A DNA stretch of 64,000 bases from an uncultured virus (IMG/VR IMGVR_UViG_3300033153_001312) (IMGVR_UViG_3300033153_001312), one strand, 5' to 3'. Shown: positions 49,947-61,460, numbered from the stretch's first letter. A program made the numbers and translations. Notes: generated from the sequence alone by a model not told the origin.

Positions 49947-52900
49947 TTATACTTCTACCATTGGAATTTTATAAGTAACTCCATTTATAATTACAGTCCA
50001 TGTGTGGTCTGGAGTAATAGTACCAGAATTTACAGTTCCTACATTATAAGAAGATGATCCTACAACAAATTGATTTGCGTCTGTTGCTGTTGCTCCTCTT
50101 CCTAATGCTATTGAATAGTTAAATTGTGCAGAAGCTTGTAATCCTATTGCAATACCTCCAATCTTTCCATTATCTCCTGCTACTGATAATCGTCCTATTG
50201 CTATAGATTCTTGTCCCTCAGCCATAGCACTTGTACCTATTGCTATTGTATTACCTTGTACTACACCTCCTGATACCCCACTTGCTTGATATCCTATTGC
50301 TATATTACCTACACCTGATCTTGTTATACCTACTGTTTGAGTCGTTGTTCCTTCTGCTTCATATCCTAATGCAATACCAAATGTTGATGTGTTGTATGTA
50401 TCTATATTAGCTGATGAACTACCTATAGAAGCTCCATGACCAATTGCTATATACCCTTTTCTTCCTCCTGCACCATATTGCATTGCAGACGAACCAACAA
50501 CAACGTGTTCTCCACTGTCATATACTGACCTAAATGCTGTAGTGTTTACAACACCCTGTCCTGCTGTTGTACCTATATAAATACCATTTCCAGAAGAATT
50601 GGTATTTGTAGTTTTTTGATATGCAGCAGCTGCAGCACCAATCGCAATATCACCATTATTGTATCTTATTCTTGTATCATTAGATGTGTTTTGTCCCGTC
50701 ATTGCTTGATACCCAATAGCTATTCTATTCATTTGGACTGAAGAAGTAGGATCAGCAGTGTTGTTAATCATATTAGAACCTGCTAAGTATCCCATAGAAA
50801 TATCCATTGATCCGTAAGCATTTGCAGCAGCTGTGTTACCAATAGCTATACTGTTATCAACAACACGATTCGCACTTATACCATTTCCATATGTGTTATC
50901 TCCTATTGCTATGTTATTTGAACCCGTTTGTAAATCTTGTAGTACTCTGGCTCCAATAGCTATATTATCATCACCTGTAGTTATACCTTGTAAACCTGAA
51001 TGACCAATTGCTATGTTGTTTTGTGCTCCTGTACCAAACCCTGACTGTGCGTAACCTAATCTTATATTAGGAAAGTTTTTAGTAGTAACAGAACCAATAT
51101 CTCCTTGAACATAAATTTGATGACCGTTTCTTGGAACAGCATTAAAGTTTCCAAATCTTAAACCTGTTTCTGTAAAAGAACCTGTCCCATCTCCGTCAAT
51201 TTCTGAAAGACTACTACTGTATGCAATCAAATCAGACTCAAAACGAGGAAGATTACTTGTTTTTACACCTGATTGGGTACTTGAAGCTATTCCTGATAAA
51301 CCTCTCCAAGAATTAATTCCTATAGATGTAGTAGCTACTACACTAACCACTTGACATCTACATAGTGTTGTTCCAAAATCAATAGTAAAGGTATCTGTTG
51401 CAGTCCAATTTCTTCCTGCAGAATATAAATCAACACCTGTCACACCACCAACTCCGTCAACTGAAGTAACTTTAACGACTATACCTTGAGCGTTTGAATC
51501 AGCTGCAACTAATTTTGTAGTAGGATAGTATTGACCAGCTACATAACCCGTTCCTAATTGACCACCAACTACAGCAATAGTAGCTGCAGCTTTTAACCCA
51601 ACAACTGTATCTCCACTTTCATTTAATACTACATTACCTGTTAAAGTATTTAATGAAGATATACCCGTTGTTGATGCTGGTATTCCCCAAGTATTATCAG
51701 CTCTTAAAAAGTGTGTTACTTTAGTATTATCATCTAATGCTGAAGTATCAGCATTTAACCCAACAGAAAGTTGATTTGATGATGGAGCAATTGATAGAGA
51801 TATATATTTTAAATTTGCTGATGAACCAATGGTTACTTCTTTTTCTTTAAAAGTTAATGCGTTATTTGTTGCATCTATTAATCCAACTTGTGTTGATGGT
51901 ACTGTTCCTATATCAAATGAAAAAGTACCTAATGCTGAAATTTCTATTTGATTAGCACCGTTATCTTTTAATACAATATTTGACCCTTCTTTTAGTATAA
52001 CAGAGTCTGTTGTTCCTGTTGATGGTATTAAATTAACTTTAGCTGAAGCAGCTGAAACTTCACTAACCACACCAGTAACATCATTACCTGGACCATTTAC
52101 AGTAAATGTGTCTCCAGGTGAATATCCCGTTCCTGCAGCAACAACTGTAATTTGATTAGTTCCAATAACACCACCAGTTGTAACTGTTCCAACTAATACA
52201 GTTAAATTCCCATCACCTCCACCTGTAACAACTGATGTAGGAAGTGTTGATCCCGCTATATAACCTGTTCCTCCTGATGGGTTTGTCATTAATGTTACAG
52301 GACCAGTTTGAGAAGATGTTAAATCATATGTTGTGTTTGAACCAGCACTACCATTTGCAGCTGCTGTAATTCTACCATATGCATCAACTGTAAGATTAGT
52401 TGCTGTATATGAACCTGCAGTAACACTTGTAGCTGGAAGTTCTATATCTAAAGTACCTGATGTTGTAATTGGACTCCCTCCTATTAAAAGAGTAGAGTTG
52501 GTGCTTGTTGCACCTACTGAAGTAACTGAACCTCCTCCTGAACTTGAATTTATTGTAACCTCACCACTGTTTATACTTCTTACAAATTCTATATTAGTTC
52601 CTTGTTTAAATGTTACTTCACTACTTCGTGTTCCATCTGAATTTCTTAATGTGCTATCTCCTTTTACAGTATCTACTACTACAGTAGTTCCTGAACCCGT
52701 ACCTCCTGATAAACCTGAGAATGACGTACCTGCTGAATAGTTTGTTCCTGGAGTAGTAATTGTAGCTGTTTGTGCTACTCCACCTGATGTATTTAAAGTT
52801 ACAACCAAACCATTTGAACCTACAGCTACTCCTGTAGTAGTTGGGTCAGAGTATCCTGAACCTCCTTGACCAGATGCTATTGAGACTGTAACAGGTATAC

Positions 52901-54626
52901 CTGTAGCAGCATTTGTAAAAGCTAAATCCCAATCAGCTCCTTGAGGTAATGAAAATTTACCTCTATCGTCATAATATCTATCGGATGCAACATTAAAAAT
53001 TTGTATTATAGCTGTTACACCTCCTGATGAACCAGGCACTTCTACTGTATCACCATTAGCATATCCCGAACCTCCCGATACCATCTCATAGTCTGTAGTA
53101 TTTTGAAGTGAAGTGCTTAATACGTTTATTGTAAATCCTGAACCTGAACCTGTAACTGTACCACATACAACATTGTTTGTTGGTGTATAATTTGTACCAT
53201 TTACAGATATATCTGAACCAATAGCAACTCCTGTTCCTATCGCTGTTGAAGTTCCCGTAAGACTTAAAGATGCAAGTATTGTAGGGTCAGCTGCTGTTCC
53301 TCCTGTTGTTGTTGCTATGTAATTTGAATTAATTCCTGTTACACTATCAACTGTTCCGCTTCCACTAACAGTTGTCCATGTTGGTGTTAAAAATGGTCCC
53401 GCTGATGTTAACACTTGACCAGCTGAACCTGGTGTAGCACCTAAATATATTGGAGTATAACTTCCTGTTAAATATAAAGCTCCTGCATTTAGTGTTAATA
53501 TACCCTCAGTTGAAGCTACTGTTAAGTCTCCATTACCAGTTAAAGTAATATTAGCGTTTGCACCATTAGCTGTGTTACCACTATCTAAAACACTTTGTAA
53601 ATCTTGATTTAATCCTGATATGGTACTCCAAATTGGAGTTTGTAAACTTCCTTGTGAAACTAAAAGTTGACCTAATGTACCTGGATTACCTTTTAATCTA
53701 AACTCAGTGTAATCTCCTTTTATATCTATAGCACCCCCATTAATATTTAAAAAACCTTGTGTTGTTGGTACAGTTATATCAGCATTTCCTACTATATTAA
53801 CAGTTCCTGTAGATTGTAGAATTGTATTTTCATCAAAATCAGTTGTGCTTCCCGCATTTGTACCTACAAAACTAATACCAACTCCTGTTAATACATTATC
53901 TCCTGATGAGGTAGGTGTGCATACATCTTGAAGTGTTGGAGAGGTTAATGAAGGTGCTGATGACCATTGTACACCAGTTGCTGTAGACATAAGAAATTGT
54001 CCTGCAACACCTTTGCTTTGAGTACCAGGCGTCACACCATCTTCCACCCATAATTCTGTTAATTGTTGCAGTTGTAGTTTATAACCTCCTGCCGATCCCG
54101 TTGGATCACCAATTAAAACATTGTTTCTAAAGTCAGCAATTCCCGCCCAATTTAATGTTGTATTTACATCTCCCGATAATTGAGCTGCTACTGAACCTGG
54201 TTGTGTAATAGTAAAACTACCATCAGATAAAAATATATTTTGTGAAGAAACTGTATTTCCATTACTAACAGCATCGTTCCAAGTTACCGTACCTCCTGAA
54301 GGAGTATTCCATTGTAAACCTGTACCCGTAGACATAAGAAACTGTCCATTTGTACCATGTGCTCCTTGAACCCCTGCAGAAATAACAGTAGGGAATACAT
54401 CAACTGCTGTCAGTATTCCCGTACCTGTTAGTGTTATATTGTTAGATGCAGTGTTTCCTACACCAAGAACAGAGGCTAAGTCTTGTGCTGCACCTCCTCC
54501 TCCTACTATATCGCTAATTTTAAATGTTACGGTTTTGTTGTTATCGCTTACATCTGTTCCTATTAATAAATCAGTTGCTGCAGGAACAATAGTAGGATAT
54601 ACCGTAGTATTGAATATTTTAGCCAT
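49947..54626 (-). CDS. Tail fibre/adhesin with YadA-head-like repeats
   Basis: C-terminal NIAIG/SIAIG repeats; LQSVLDSGNTA and GGTGY repeats. Confidence 0.75.
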   Translation of the reverse strand: MAKIFNTTVYPTIVPAATDLLIGTDVSDNNKTVTFKISDIVGGGGAAQDLASVLGVGNTASNNITLTGTGILTAVDVFPTVISAGVQGAHGTNGQFLMSTGTGLQWNTPSGGTVTWNDAVSNGNTVSSQNIFLSDGSFTITQPGSVAAQLSGDVNTTLNWAGIADFRNNVLIGDPTGSAGGYKLQLQQLTELWVEDGVTPGTQSKGVAGQFLMSTATGVQWSSAPSLTSPTLQDVCTPTSSGDNVLTGVGISFVGTNAGSTTDFDENTILQSTGTVNIVGNADITVPTTQGFLNINGGAIDIKGDYTEFRLKGNPGTLGQLLVSQGSLQTPIWSTISGLNQDLQSVLDSGNTANGANANITLTGNGDLTVASTEGILTLNAGALYLTGSYTPIYLGATPGSAGQVLTSAGPFLTPTWTTVSGSGTVDSVTGINSNYIATTTGGTAADPTILASLSLTGTSTAIGTGVAIGSDISVNGTNYTPTNNVVCGTVTGSGSGFTINVLSTSLQNTTDYEMVSGGSGYANGDTVEVPGSSGGVTAIIQIFNVASDRYYDDRGKFSLPQGADWDLAFTNAATGIPVTVSIASGQGGSGYSDPTTTGVAVGSNGLVVTLNTSGGVAQTATITTPGTNYSAGTSFSGLSGGTGSGTTVVVDTVKGDSTLRNSDGTRSSEVTFKQGTNIEFVRSINSGEVTINSSSGGGSVTSVGATSTNSTLLIGGSPITTSGTLDIELPATSVTAGSYTATNLTVDAYGRITAAANGSAGSNTTYDLTSSQTGPVTLMTNPSGGTGYIAGSTLPTSVVTGGGDGNLTVLVGTVTTGGVIGTNQITVVAAGTGYSPGDTFTVNGPGNDVTGVVSEVSAASAKVNLIPSTGTTDSVILKEGSNIVLKDNGANQIEISALGTFSFDIGTVPSTQVGLIDATNNALTFKEKEVTIGSSANLKYISLSIAPSSNQLSVGLNADTSALDDNTKVTHFLRADNTWGIPASTTGISSLNTLTGNVVLNESGDTVVGLKAAATIAVVGGQLGTGYVAGQYYPTTKLVAADSNAQGIVVKVTSVDGVGGVTGVDLYSAGRNWTATDTFTIDFGTTLCRCQVVSVVATTSIGINSWRGLSGIASSTQSGVKTSNLPRFESDLIAYSSSLSEIDGDGTGSFTETGLRFGNFNAVPRNGHQIYVQGDIGSVTTKNFPNIRLGYAQSGFGTGAQNNIAIGHSGLQGITTGDDNIAIGARVLQDLQTGSNNIAIGDNTYGNGISANRVVDNSIAIGNTAAANAYGSMDISMGYLAGSNMINNTADPTSSVQMNRIAIGYQAMTGQNTSNDTRIRYNNGDIAIGAAAAAYQKTTNTNSSGNGIYIGTTAGQGVVNTTAFRSVYDSGEHVVVGSSAMQYGAGGRKGYIAIGHGASIGSSSANIDTYNTSTFGIALGYEAEGTTTQTVGITRSGVGNIAIGYQASGVSGGVVQGNTIAIGTSAMAEGQESIAIGRLSVAGDNGKIGGIAIGLQASAQFNYSIALGRGATATDANQFVVGSSSYNVGTVNSGTITPDHTWTVIINGVTYKIPMVEV

Positions 54627-54638
54627 ATAGTTTCATTT

Positions 54639-54908
54639 TTATTTGGTTATCTTTAAATCAGGAGTTTCTTCTTGGTTTTCAGTTACTATACCTGTCTCTA
54701 AATTAATGGTAGCATTTTTTCCATACTTTTCCATTAATGGTCCTTCTTCTTCTGAAAAAGATTTTCTAATTTCTGCAACTTTTTCCATTAGTGCGTTTTG
54801 TTGTAATAAAGTATCGCCTAATTGCATTTTTATATTGTTATAATCTTTTTGAAGATTTTGTAATTTGTTTAATTCTTCTGTAGTTAATTTTACTTCTTTT
54901 TTTGCCAT
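54639..54908 (-). CDS. Small coiled-coil protein (possible fibre chaperone)
   Basis: Heptads plus KYGKNATINLETG; next to fibre genes. Confidence 0.55.
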   Translation of the reverse strand: MAKKEVKLTTEELNKLQNLQKDYNNIKMQLGDTLLQQNALMEKVAEIRKSFSEEEGPLMEKYGKNATINLETGIVTENQEETPDLKITK

Positions 54909-54981
54909 TATATTATTATTTAAATTAATATTTAATTAGTTATTATTTTAACAAAGATACAAATAATTTTTTATGTAGTTA

Positions 54982-55853
54982 TTATGGAGTATTGGTACTC
55001 CAAGTTGGTGTATTGACTCCTGATCCAGTAAATGAATTGGTAGAACTATCTGCGTAAGAAGTCCCTGTTCCTTCATTAAATCTCCACCATGCTATTAGGT
55101 TAGCTGACTGATTATAATTACCTGAATCTGTACTTAAATCTATTGGAGATCCTGAATTATAAATAGCTGATATATTAGTAGCGTTAAGTGCTGAAGAAAA
55201 TACTGCCATATTGTTTAACTCGCCATCAAAAAAGTTAACATTACTATTTCTTCTCCACACTCCTAAACTTGAATTACCATTGTATGCTAAAGTAACTGTT
55301 TGAAGTCCTGACTTAACATAAGTGCTTGGATTTACTACAGAACCATTTTTATAAATACGCCATTCGTCTCTATCTTGTGTAGAACCCATGCTGCCTGATG
55401 GTATAACAATAGCTAAGTGGAATTAGCTGTTCTTATAGTATTTCTGTTATTACTACCTGCACCTGCAAAACCTTGATTTAATCCCATAACATGAAATACT
55501 AAAGCTCCATTTCCGTTAACCACCATTTTTAATCCATAGTAATTATTAGTACAACAATTTCCTAAATCATAAATAAAATCTCCACCACCCGTACCAAGAG
55601 TGTCTATGTATACCCAAGCTGTTAAAGTCAGTCCACTACTATTAATAGAAGCTTGAGATGGATTTAATACCGATGAAGTTTGATTTCCTAAATCAATATA
55701 TTGAGAACTACCATTTAACTCTACAGAATAATCTACTGTAAAACTTGCAGGAGTTTCAATAGTATTAATTTTTTCTATACTTGTTAAATTAACCGAATCA
55801 ACCTTATTGATAGCGGTTGTGGCTATAGTATTTAATTTAGATATAGTAGCCAT
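54982..55853 (-). pseudogene. LamG/concanavalin-like virion protein split by a frameshift near 55413-55420
   Basis: N-half LTLTAWVY; C-half HLAIV...IYKNG...FDGELNNMAVFSSAL...LIAWWRFNEG in a shifted frame. Confidence 0.65.
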
Positions 55854-55854
55854 A

Positions 55855-58737
55855 TTATGATAGCTCTATAAATGTATTGTCAGGATGGAAAAATATTTGA
55901 CCGTTAGTTGCGTCTAACTGTGTACCTACAATTCTTACAAACTTACCTGTTCCAGATGGCGGCTCATGTGTTACTACTCCCGAGCTTGCACTTTCTATAT
56001 ATAAAGGTGATCCCCCAGATGAACCTGTTGAAACATAACTTAAAGTATAAATACCTCTGGTTAACATACCAGCTGAAACTGAAGTTCCAAGTGCTATAGC
56101 TAATAATCCTGCTGTTTTACTTTGAGAATTTGCTTGAGCAGCAGCCCATTCAGCATCAGGTGTAGTTAGAACATATAGTTTTCCTTGAGTTAAGGTTCCT
56201 GATGCAGATCCAAAATAAACTACTTCACCTTGATAAGAGTAATCTGTGTTGTCAGTTAAATCTAATTGAGTATTAGCATTCCAAGTTCCACTTGTAACTC
56301 CTCCACCAGTGGCTGAAGATACTTTTGTTCCTGTTATCTGTCCTTGGTTTAGGTTTACTATTGGTGTTGTTGAAGCTGTACCCGAAATAAAAAGTGGAAA
56401 TCCTGCCGCACCACCACTATTCGGGTTGGCTGCACTAACTGAAGTTACCGTACCAGTATTTGTTGTATACCCTGCTCCGTTTGTTAATTGATTGTTATTA
56501 GTAATAGTATTTGTTATGGTAATACTTCCTGAAGAAGTTATCGGTGAGCCAGACACACTTATTCCTGTACCTGCTGTTATTCCTACCGAAGTAACCGTAC
56601 CTTGAGGTGCAAGAGCTGTTATTTCTTGTATTTCATATGTTCGTGTTTCACCTGATGCTGACGAATCTCTACCTACCATGATAAAATCGTTTTCATCTAT
56701 TGACCCTGTACCTCCTGGACAGTCAGCAATTAATCCATTTGAACCATAGTCTACGGATACAGTTCCTGTACTTGTTATTGTTCCACCAGTTAGTCCACTT
56801 CCTGTAGCTACTGAAGTTACTCCTGCTGGCGGTATAGTTGGGAAAGTAGCTAAACCTCCGTCTCCTCTTACATATTGAGATGAAGTTCCTGCACCTGCTA
56901 TTGTAAATGTCCCCGTTGTTGTTATAGGTGACCCCGAAACTGTAAAGGCCGATGGAACAGCTAAGCCAACACTAACAACTGTACCTGATGCCTGTGAATT
57001 TATAGTTATATTATTTCCTGAACGATGTGTTGTTATATTTGAACCTCCAATTATATCTATAGCATCACCATTAGCTATTGTTGCCGCACCACCAGTGTCA
57101 GCCTCAATAGTGAAATTAGTCATTTTATTATTGAAAGTTGTAAAATTTCCTGATGTTAAATATCCGTCAACCGAAGTAGTTGCCGCAGCCATAGAAATAG
57201 CAGGAGTTGTTCCTCCTGAAGAAACTACAGGTGCAGTACCCGTAACACTTGTAACTGTTCCTGTATTTGTGGTGTAACCCGCACCGTTTGTTATCTGATT
57301 GTTATTAATGTTAAAAGTTACGTTAGAAAGGCCAAGTCTTGAAAGGGTTACTACTCCTGATGATATACCACCACCAGTAACATAATTATTTGTGTCAGTT
57401 GGAATAGATGGGAATGCTACTAAATCACCCTCACCATTTACATATTGAGATGATGTTCCTTGCCACACTCCTGTCATAGTACCAGACCCTGTAACTGAAT
57501 TTGATGCTACGTTTAACGAGTTACCATCAGTTTTAAAGTTTACACTTGTTACTCCTACTGATGGCATTGTTACAGTTTTTGTATTTACATCTGTTACGTG
57601 ACCAGTAGCATTAGTTGTCATTGAGTCTATAACAGCAAATGTACCTGCTGAACCAGGAGATGCAGAACTTGTTGTATCAGTTCTTGTTGTAGCATCGTGA
57701 TTTACTGTTAAGGTTCTTGATGACTCAGATGTTGTTATATAAGTTCCTCCTGCAACATCCATTGTTTGTCCGTCTGATACAGATGAACTACCTGAATCAC
57801 CTTGAATTGTCCATGAAGACATTGATCCGCCTCCCCCCGTTGCAGCTATTGTTATTGTTCCACTACTATTTGTTGTTGTTATACCTGAACCAGCGGCTAT
57901 TGTTATAGTTCCGTTATTTGATATTGTTGTACTACCACCTGAAGTTCCTGCAACTGCTATTCCATCAAAAGGTTTAGAATTTGTTATTGTTACGGTTCTT
58001 GAGCTTTCAGCAGTAGTAATACCTGTTCCTCCTGCAATATCTACTGTATTTCCACTTGATACTGTTGAGCTTCCTGAATCACCTTGTATGGTAAAATTAG
58101 ACATTTTTCCATTAAATGTTGACCAATCTGATGATGATAAAGCACCTCTATTAGCTGATGAAGCAGTAGGAACATTTAAAGTTATTACAGGGGTAGAGGT
58201 AGAGTTTGCTACTGAACTGGATAAGTCGGTTCCAGATGTTCCTAATGTTAATGCCGCAACGCTTGTTACTGTTCCTGATCCTGCACCAATATCAGAAAGT
58301 ACCTCAGCTCCTGTTCTGTACTTAACTACTCCTCCGTCACTAACTAAAAACTTATCAGTATCACTGGTAGCATTATTTATAGTGCTTATGTCTAATTGAC
58401 CAGTTATGTCAACTCCACTTGATGTTGTTAATAATCTATTTGTAACCCCATTGTTAACGTGGTTAAGTGCAACTGCACCACCAGTAAAAGAAGCTAAAAG
58501 TCCATTAGCTGCGTGACCAGGAGATATTTCTTGACCTATGATCAATCCACCAGTATTGATACTCATAAGTTGATACTGATTCTCAAAATCCCAGTTACCT
58601 GAACCTGAATTACAACTCGCATGAGCTGTCCACTTAATGTACGGAAATCCTGTATATGAACCGCTACCATAGCAGACGTTACCAAATTGAACCTTTACAT
58701 CATCGCCATAGATATTGTCAGATAAAAAAAGTGCCAT
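55855..58737 (-). CDS. Tail fibre-like protein
   Basis: GTVTSV and WTIQGDSG repeats; Ser/Thr/Gly-rich. Confidence 0.7.
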   Translation of the reverse strand: MALFLSDNIYGDDVKVQFGNVCYGSGSYTGFPYIKWTAHASCNSGSGNWDFENQYQLMSINTGGLIIGQEISPGHAANGLLASFTGGAVALNHVNNGVTNRLLTTSSGVDITGQLDISTINNATSDTDKFLVSDGGVVKYRTGAEVLSDIGAGSGTVTSVAALTLGTSGTDLSSSVANSTSTPVITLNVPTASSANRGALSSSDWSTFNGKMSNFTIQGDSGSSTVSSGNTVDIAGGTGITTAESSRTVTITNSKPFDGIAVAGTSGGSTTISNNGTITIAAGSGITTTNSSGTITIAATGGGGSMSSWTIQGDSGSSSVSDGQTMDVAGGTYITTSESSRTLTVNHDATTRTDTTSSASPGSAGTFAVIDSMTTNATGHVTDVNTKTVTMPSVGVTSVNFKTDGNSLNVASNSVTGSGTMTGVWQGTSSQYVNGEGDLVAFPSIPTDTNNYVTGGGISSGVVTLSRLGLSNVTFNINNNQITNGAGYTTNTGTVTSVTGTAPVVSSGGTTPAISMAAATTSVDGYLTSGNFTTFNNKMTNFTIEADTGGAATIANGDAIDIIGGSNITTHRSGNNITINSQASGTVVSVGLAVPSAFTVSGSPITTTGTFTIAGAGTSSQYVRGDGGLATFPTIPPAGVTSVATGSGLTGGTITSTGTVSVDYGSNGLIADCPGGTGSIDENDFIMVGRDSSASGETRTYEIQEITALAPQGTVTSVGITAGTGISVSGSPITSSGSITITNTITNNNQLTNGAGYTTNTGTVTSVSAANPNSGGAAGFPLFISGTASTTPIVNLNQGQITGTKVSSATGGGVTSGTWNANTQLDLTDNTDYSYQGEVVYFGSASGTLTQGKLYVLTTPDAEWAAAQANSQSKTAGLLAIALGTSVSAGMLTRGIYTLSYVSTGSSGGSPLYIESASSGVVTHEPPSGTGKFVRIVGTQLDATNGQIFFHPDNTFIELS

Positions 58738-58814
58738 AAAAATAGATTTTTACAAATATACGAATTTAAATAAAAGCGTTTTGCTAATATTTAAACTCGT
58801 ATATGTAATTTTTA

Positions 58815-61460
58815 CTAAAGTATTTCAGTAATTAGTACTCTTGCCTCATTAGTATCTAAAGGTTCTACTGTACTAAGAGTAATTTGTGATGTAGAAGTTC
58901 TATCAACTTGAACACTTATATTGTCATAAGGAGATTCGTTACGGTAAACTTGCACCATAACATCTCTTGTTCCTAAATTATGAGTAATTGCATAAGAAGT
59001 TGCTGAATTATTACCTATGTTAGCTACAAAATTATGATTATCACCAATACACGTTGTTACAGCAGAACAGAAATCTGTAATTTGTGATGCTGGAATTGCA
59101 ATTGTATTTTCAGACATTGCAGTAACAAATCCTTTTGCATCAACTGTTGCATTTAATGATTTAGTTACACCACCGTATGATGCGGCTGATACTCCTGAAT
59201 TATCTATTGTTACAAATCCATTTGCTGTTACACCAAAGTTTGCCGAATCAAATCCTGCGACCCCTTTATTAGTAGCACCGTCAGTTGCTCCTGCTCCTGC
59301 AATGTTTTCATCAGCTATTACAATAGTATAATCTGATTTAGAAGGAGAAGAACTTGCTGCAATATTACTATTAGCAAATATAAAGTCTCCAGGTTCAAGT
59401 TGTGTACTAAAGAAAGCATTACCTGCTACACTTACTACATAGAAGTCACCTTGAGTTAACGCTACGTTAGATGCTCCCGATAAAGCAGGTGAGTTAGTGT
59501 TGGCATTATAAGCTCCTTGAAAAGCTCCAACTCCTGCAACTTGTGATAATACATATCCTTTAGATGCTGCATCTGTTGATGCAGAAGGTGTTGCTGGTAC
59601 AGTTAATTGACCTGCAACAGCTGATTGACCTGTGCTTGTTACATTTAATGCTCCTGTTGATTCTATTCCTCCACTCCCTACATTTAAACTTGACTGAATA
59701 GTTACATTACTTGGTAAACCAATAGTAATATCTCCACCATTTCCTGTTGATGGTGTAGTAATTTCTATTTCAGAAGTTGTTCCTGAGAATTTAGCTGTCG
59801 TTGTAGAACCACCTGAAGAACCAACTAAAGATAATGTGGATTCGTTTGATGACACCGCACCAACACTTAATGCATAATTAGCATCTGTATTAGTAGATGT
59901 GTTAGTTATTGTTACTGATCCTGTAGAAGCACTTACGCTAATACCTGTACCGCCTGTTAACGCAGTTACACCCGTGTTGGATATAGTAACATTTCCAGTT
60001 GCTCCACTTACTCCGATACCTGTTCCTGCAACATTACTTAAAACTCCTGAGTTAGTAATTGTTAAGTCATCGGTTGCTCCTACTGCAGTTGTTATACCTG
60101 AACCTCCAATAAAAGTTGCTGTATTACCAGATGCTATTGTTTGTGCAGATCCCGAATCTCCATCTAAAGTCCAACCTGCGTATACAGTTGGAGAAGTTGG
60201 CATAGTAACTGTTTTAACATTAATAGCTGTTAAGTGACCAGTTGCATTTGTGGATACACTATCAACTACGCTAAAAGTTCCTGCTGACCCAGGAGATGAT
60301 GAACTTGTTGTGTCACTTCTTGATGTTGAATCGTGAGTAAGAGTTACAGTTCTTGTTCCTCCAACTGCACCTGTAATATATGTACCACCAACTATATCTA
60401 CTGTTTGTCCATTTGTTACTGATTGATCAGTTCCCGATGTTGATCCAATCTTCCAAGAAGACATTGAACCTGAAGAACCACTGGATGCTGCAGTAATACG
60501 TCCTTGTTGGTCAACCGTAATACTTGCTAAGGTATATGAACCTGGTGTTACAGCTGTGTCATCAAGAGTAATAGTTAAATCATCAGTTGCACTTGCAGCT
60601 GTTGTTAAACCAGTACCACCAACAAATGTTGCAGTGTTTCCATTAGTTATACTTTGTGAACCACTGTCTCCAGCTAAAGTCCAAGAATCCATAGAACCTG
60701 TTCCACCTGTATAAGCAATAGTAACCGCACCTGTAGCACCTGATACACTAATATTTGACCCCGCAACTGCAGAAGTTACCCCCGTGTTTGTTAAAGTCAT
60801 TCCTGTTGCAGTTGTAGCTGAAGAAATTCCCGTTCCTCCCGCTATATCTACTGTAGTTCCGTCAGTAACCGTTAAGTTTGTTCCCGAATCACCTTGAAGT
60901 GTCCACGAAGTATATCCTCCTGGAATAGATGCCCAAACATTATCACCTCTTAAGAACGTAGAACTACTTGGAGTACCAGTTGCAGATAAATCTATAGTAC
61001 CCATAGTTACAGCACCAGTTGCTGCTGAGTTAGCTGTTCCTGCCGAAACAAATGTTCCGTTTGCATTAGTAAATGAAGTTACACCTAATGTTGCTGTACC
61101 ACTTGATGCTGCAGTAATAATACCTTGAGCATTTACTGTTATACTTGCATGAGTATAAGAAGTTGCAGTTACTCCAGAATTTGGCATATTAACTGATATC
61201 GTTCCACTACTTGTTATAGGTGAACTACCAATTGTCAAGTAATTACTTGAAACACCTACCGAAGTTACAGAACCACCTGTACTTAATTCTTCCCAAGAAT
61301 TTGATCCTTTGTGTAAATAAAGCTCATTTGTATCTGTTTTATATATTAACTGACCTTCTCCTGATAAACTTGAAGGAAGTGTACCTGTTAAGTTTTGTAC
61401 CTTAAAGTTTGTTAACTGAGTATTATTTAAGGATACGTCTTGTAAAAAATTAATTGCCAT
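58815..61460 (-). CDS. Tail fibre-like protein
   Basis: WTLQGDSG repeats, TVDQQGRITAA motifs, C-terminal THNLGTRDV. Confidence 0.7.
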   Translation of the reverse strand: MAINFLQDVSLNNTQLTNFKVQNLTGTLPSSLSGEGQLIYKTDTNELYLHKGSNSWEELSTGGSVTSVGVSSNYLTIGSSPITSSGTISVNMPNSGVTATSYTHASITVNAQGIITAASSGTATLGVTSFTNANGTFVSAGTANSAATGAVTMGTIDLSATGTPSSSTFLRGDNVWASIPGGYTSWTLQGDSGTNLTVTDGTTVDIAGGTGISSATTATGMTLTNTGVTSAVAGSNISVSGATGAVTIAYTGGTGSMDSWTLAGDSGSQSITNGNTATFVGGTGLTTAASATDDLTITLDDTAVTPGSYTLASITVDQQGRITAASSGSSGSMSSWKIGSTSGTDQSVTNGQTVDIVGGTYITGAVGGTRTVTLTHDSTSRSDTTSSSSPGSAGTFSVVDSVSTNATGHLTAINVKTVTMPTSPTVYAGWTLDGDSGSAQTIASGNTATFIGGSGITTAVGATDDLTITNSGVLSNVAGTGIGVSGATGNVTISNTGVTALTGGTGISVSASTGSVTITNTSTNTDANYALSVGAVSSNESTLSLVGSSGGSTTTAKFSGTTSEIEITTPSTGNGGDITIGLPSNVTIQSSLNVGSGGIESTGALNVTSTGQSAVAGQLTVPATPSASTDAASKGYVLSQVAGVGAFQGAYNANTNSPALSGASNVALTQGDFYVVSVAGNAFFSTQLEPGDFIFANSNIAASSSPSKSDYTIVIADENIAGAGATDGATNKGVAGFDSANFGVTANGFVTIDNSGVSAASYGGVTKSLNATVDAKGFVTAMSENTIAIPASQITDFCSAVTTCIGDNHNFVANIGNNSATSYAITHNLGTRDVMVQVYRNESPYDNISVQVDRTSTSQITLSTVEPLDTNEARVLITEIL

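Noticed and set aside
55413..55415. TAG stop-codon reassignment as in some crAss-like phages
   Set aside because: The continuation is in another frame, and long genes elsewhere are intact under the standard code
2754..61405. Short opposite-strand or nested ORFs in the track (e.g. 2754, 5864, 13952, 24425, 39401, 52333, 59899)
   Set aside because: Shadow ORFs of well-supported genes, with no leader or recognisable motif
49947..61460. Diversity-generating retroelement or invertase system acting on the fibres
   Set aside because: No reverse transcriptase or recombinase gene, and no near-identical template/variable repeat pair noticed
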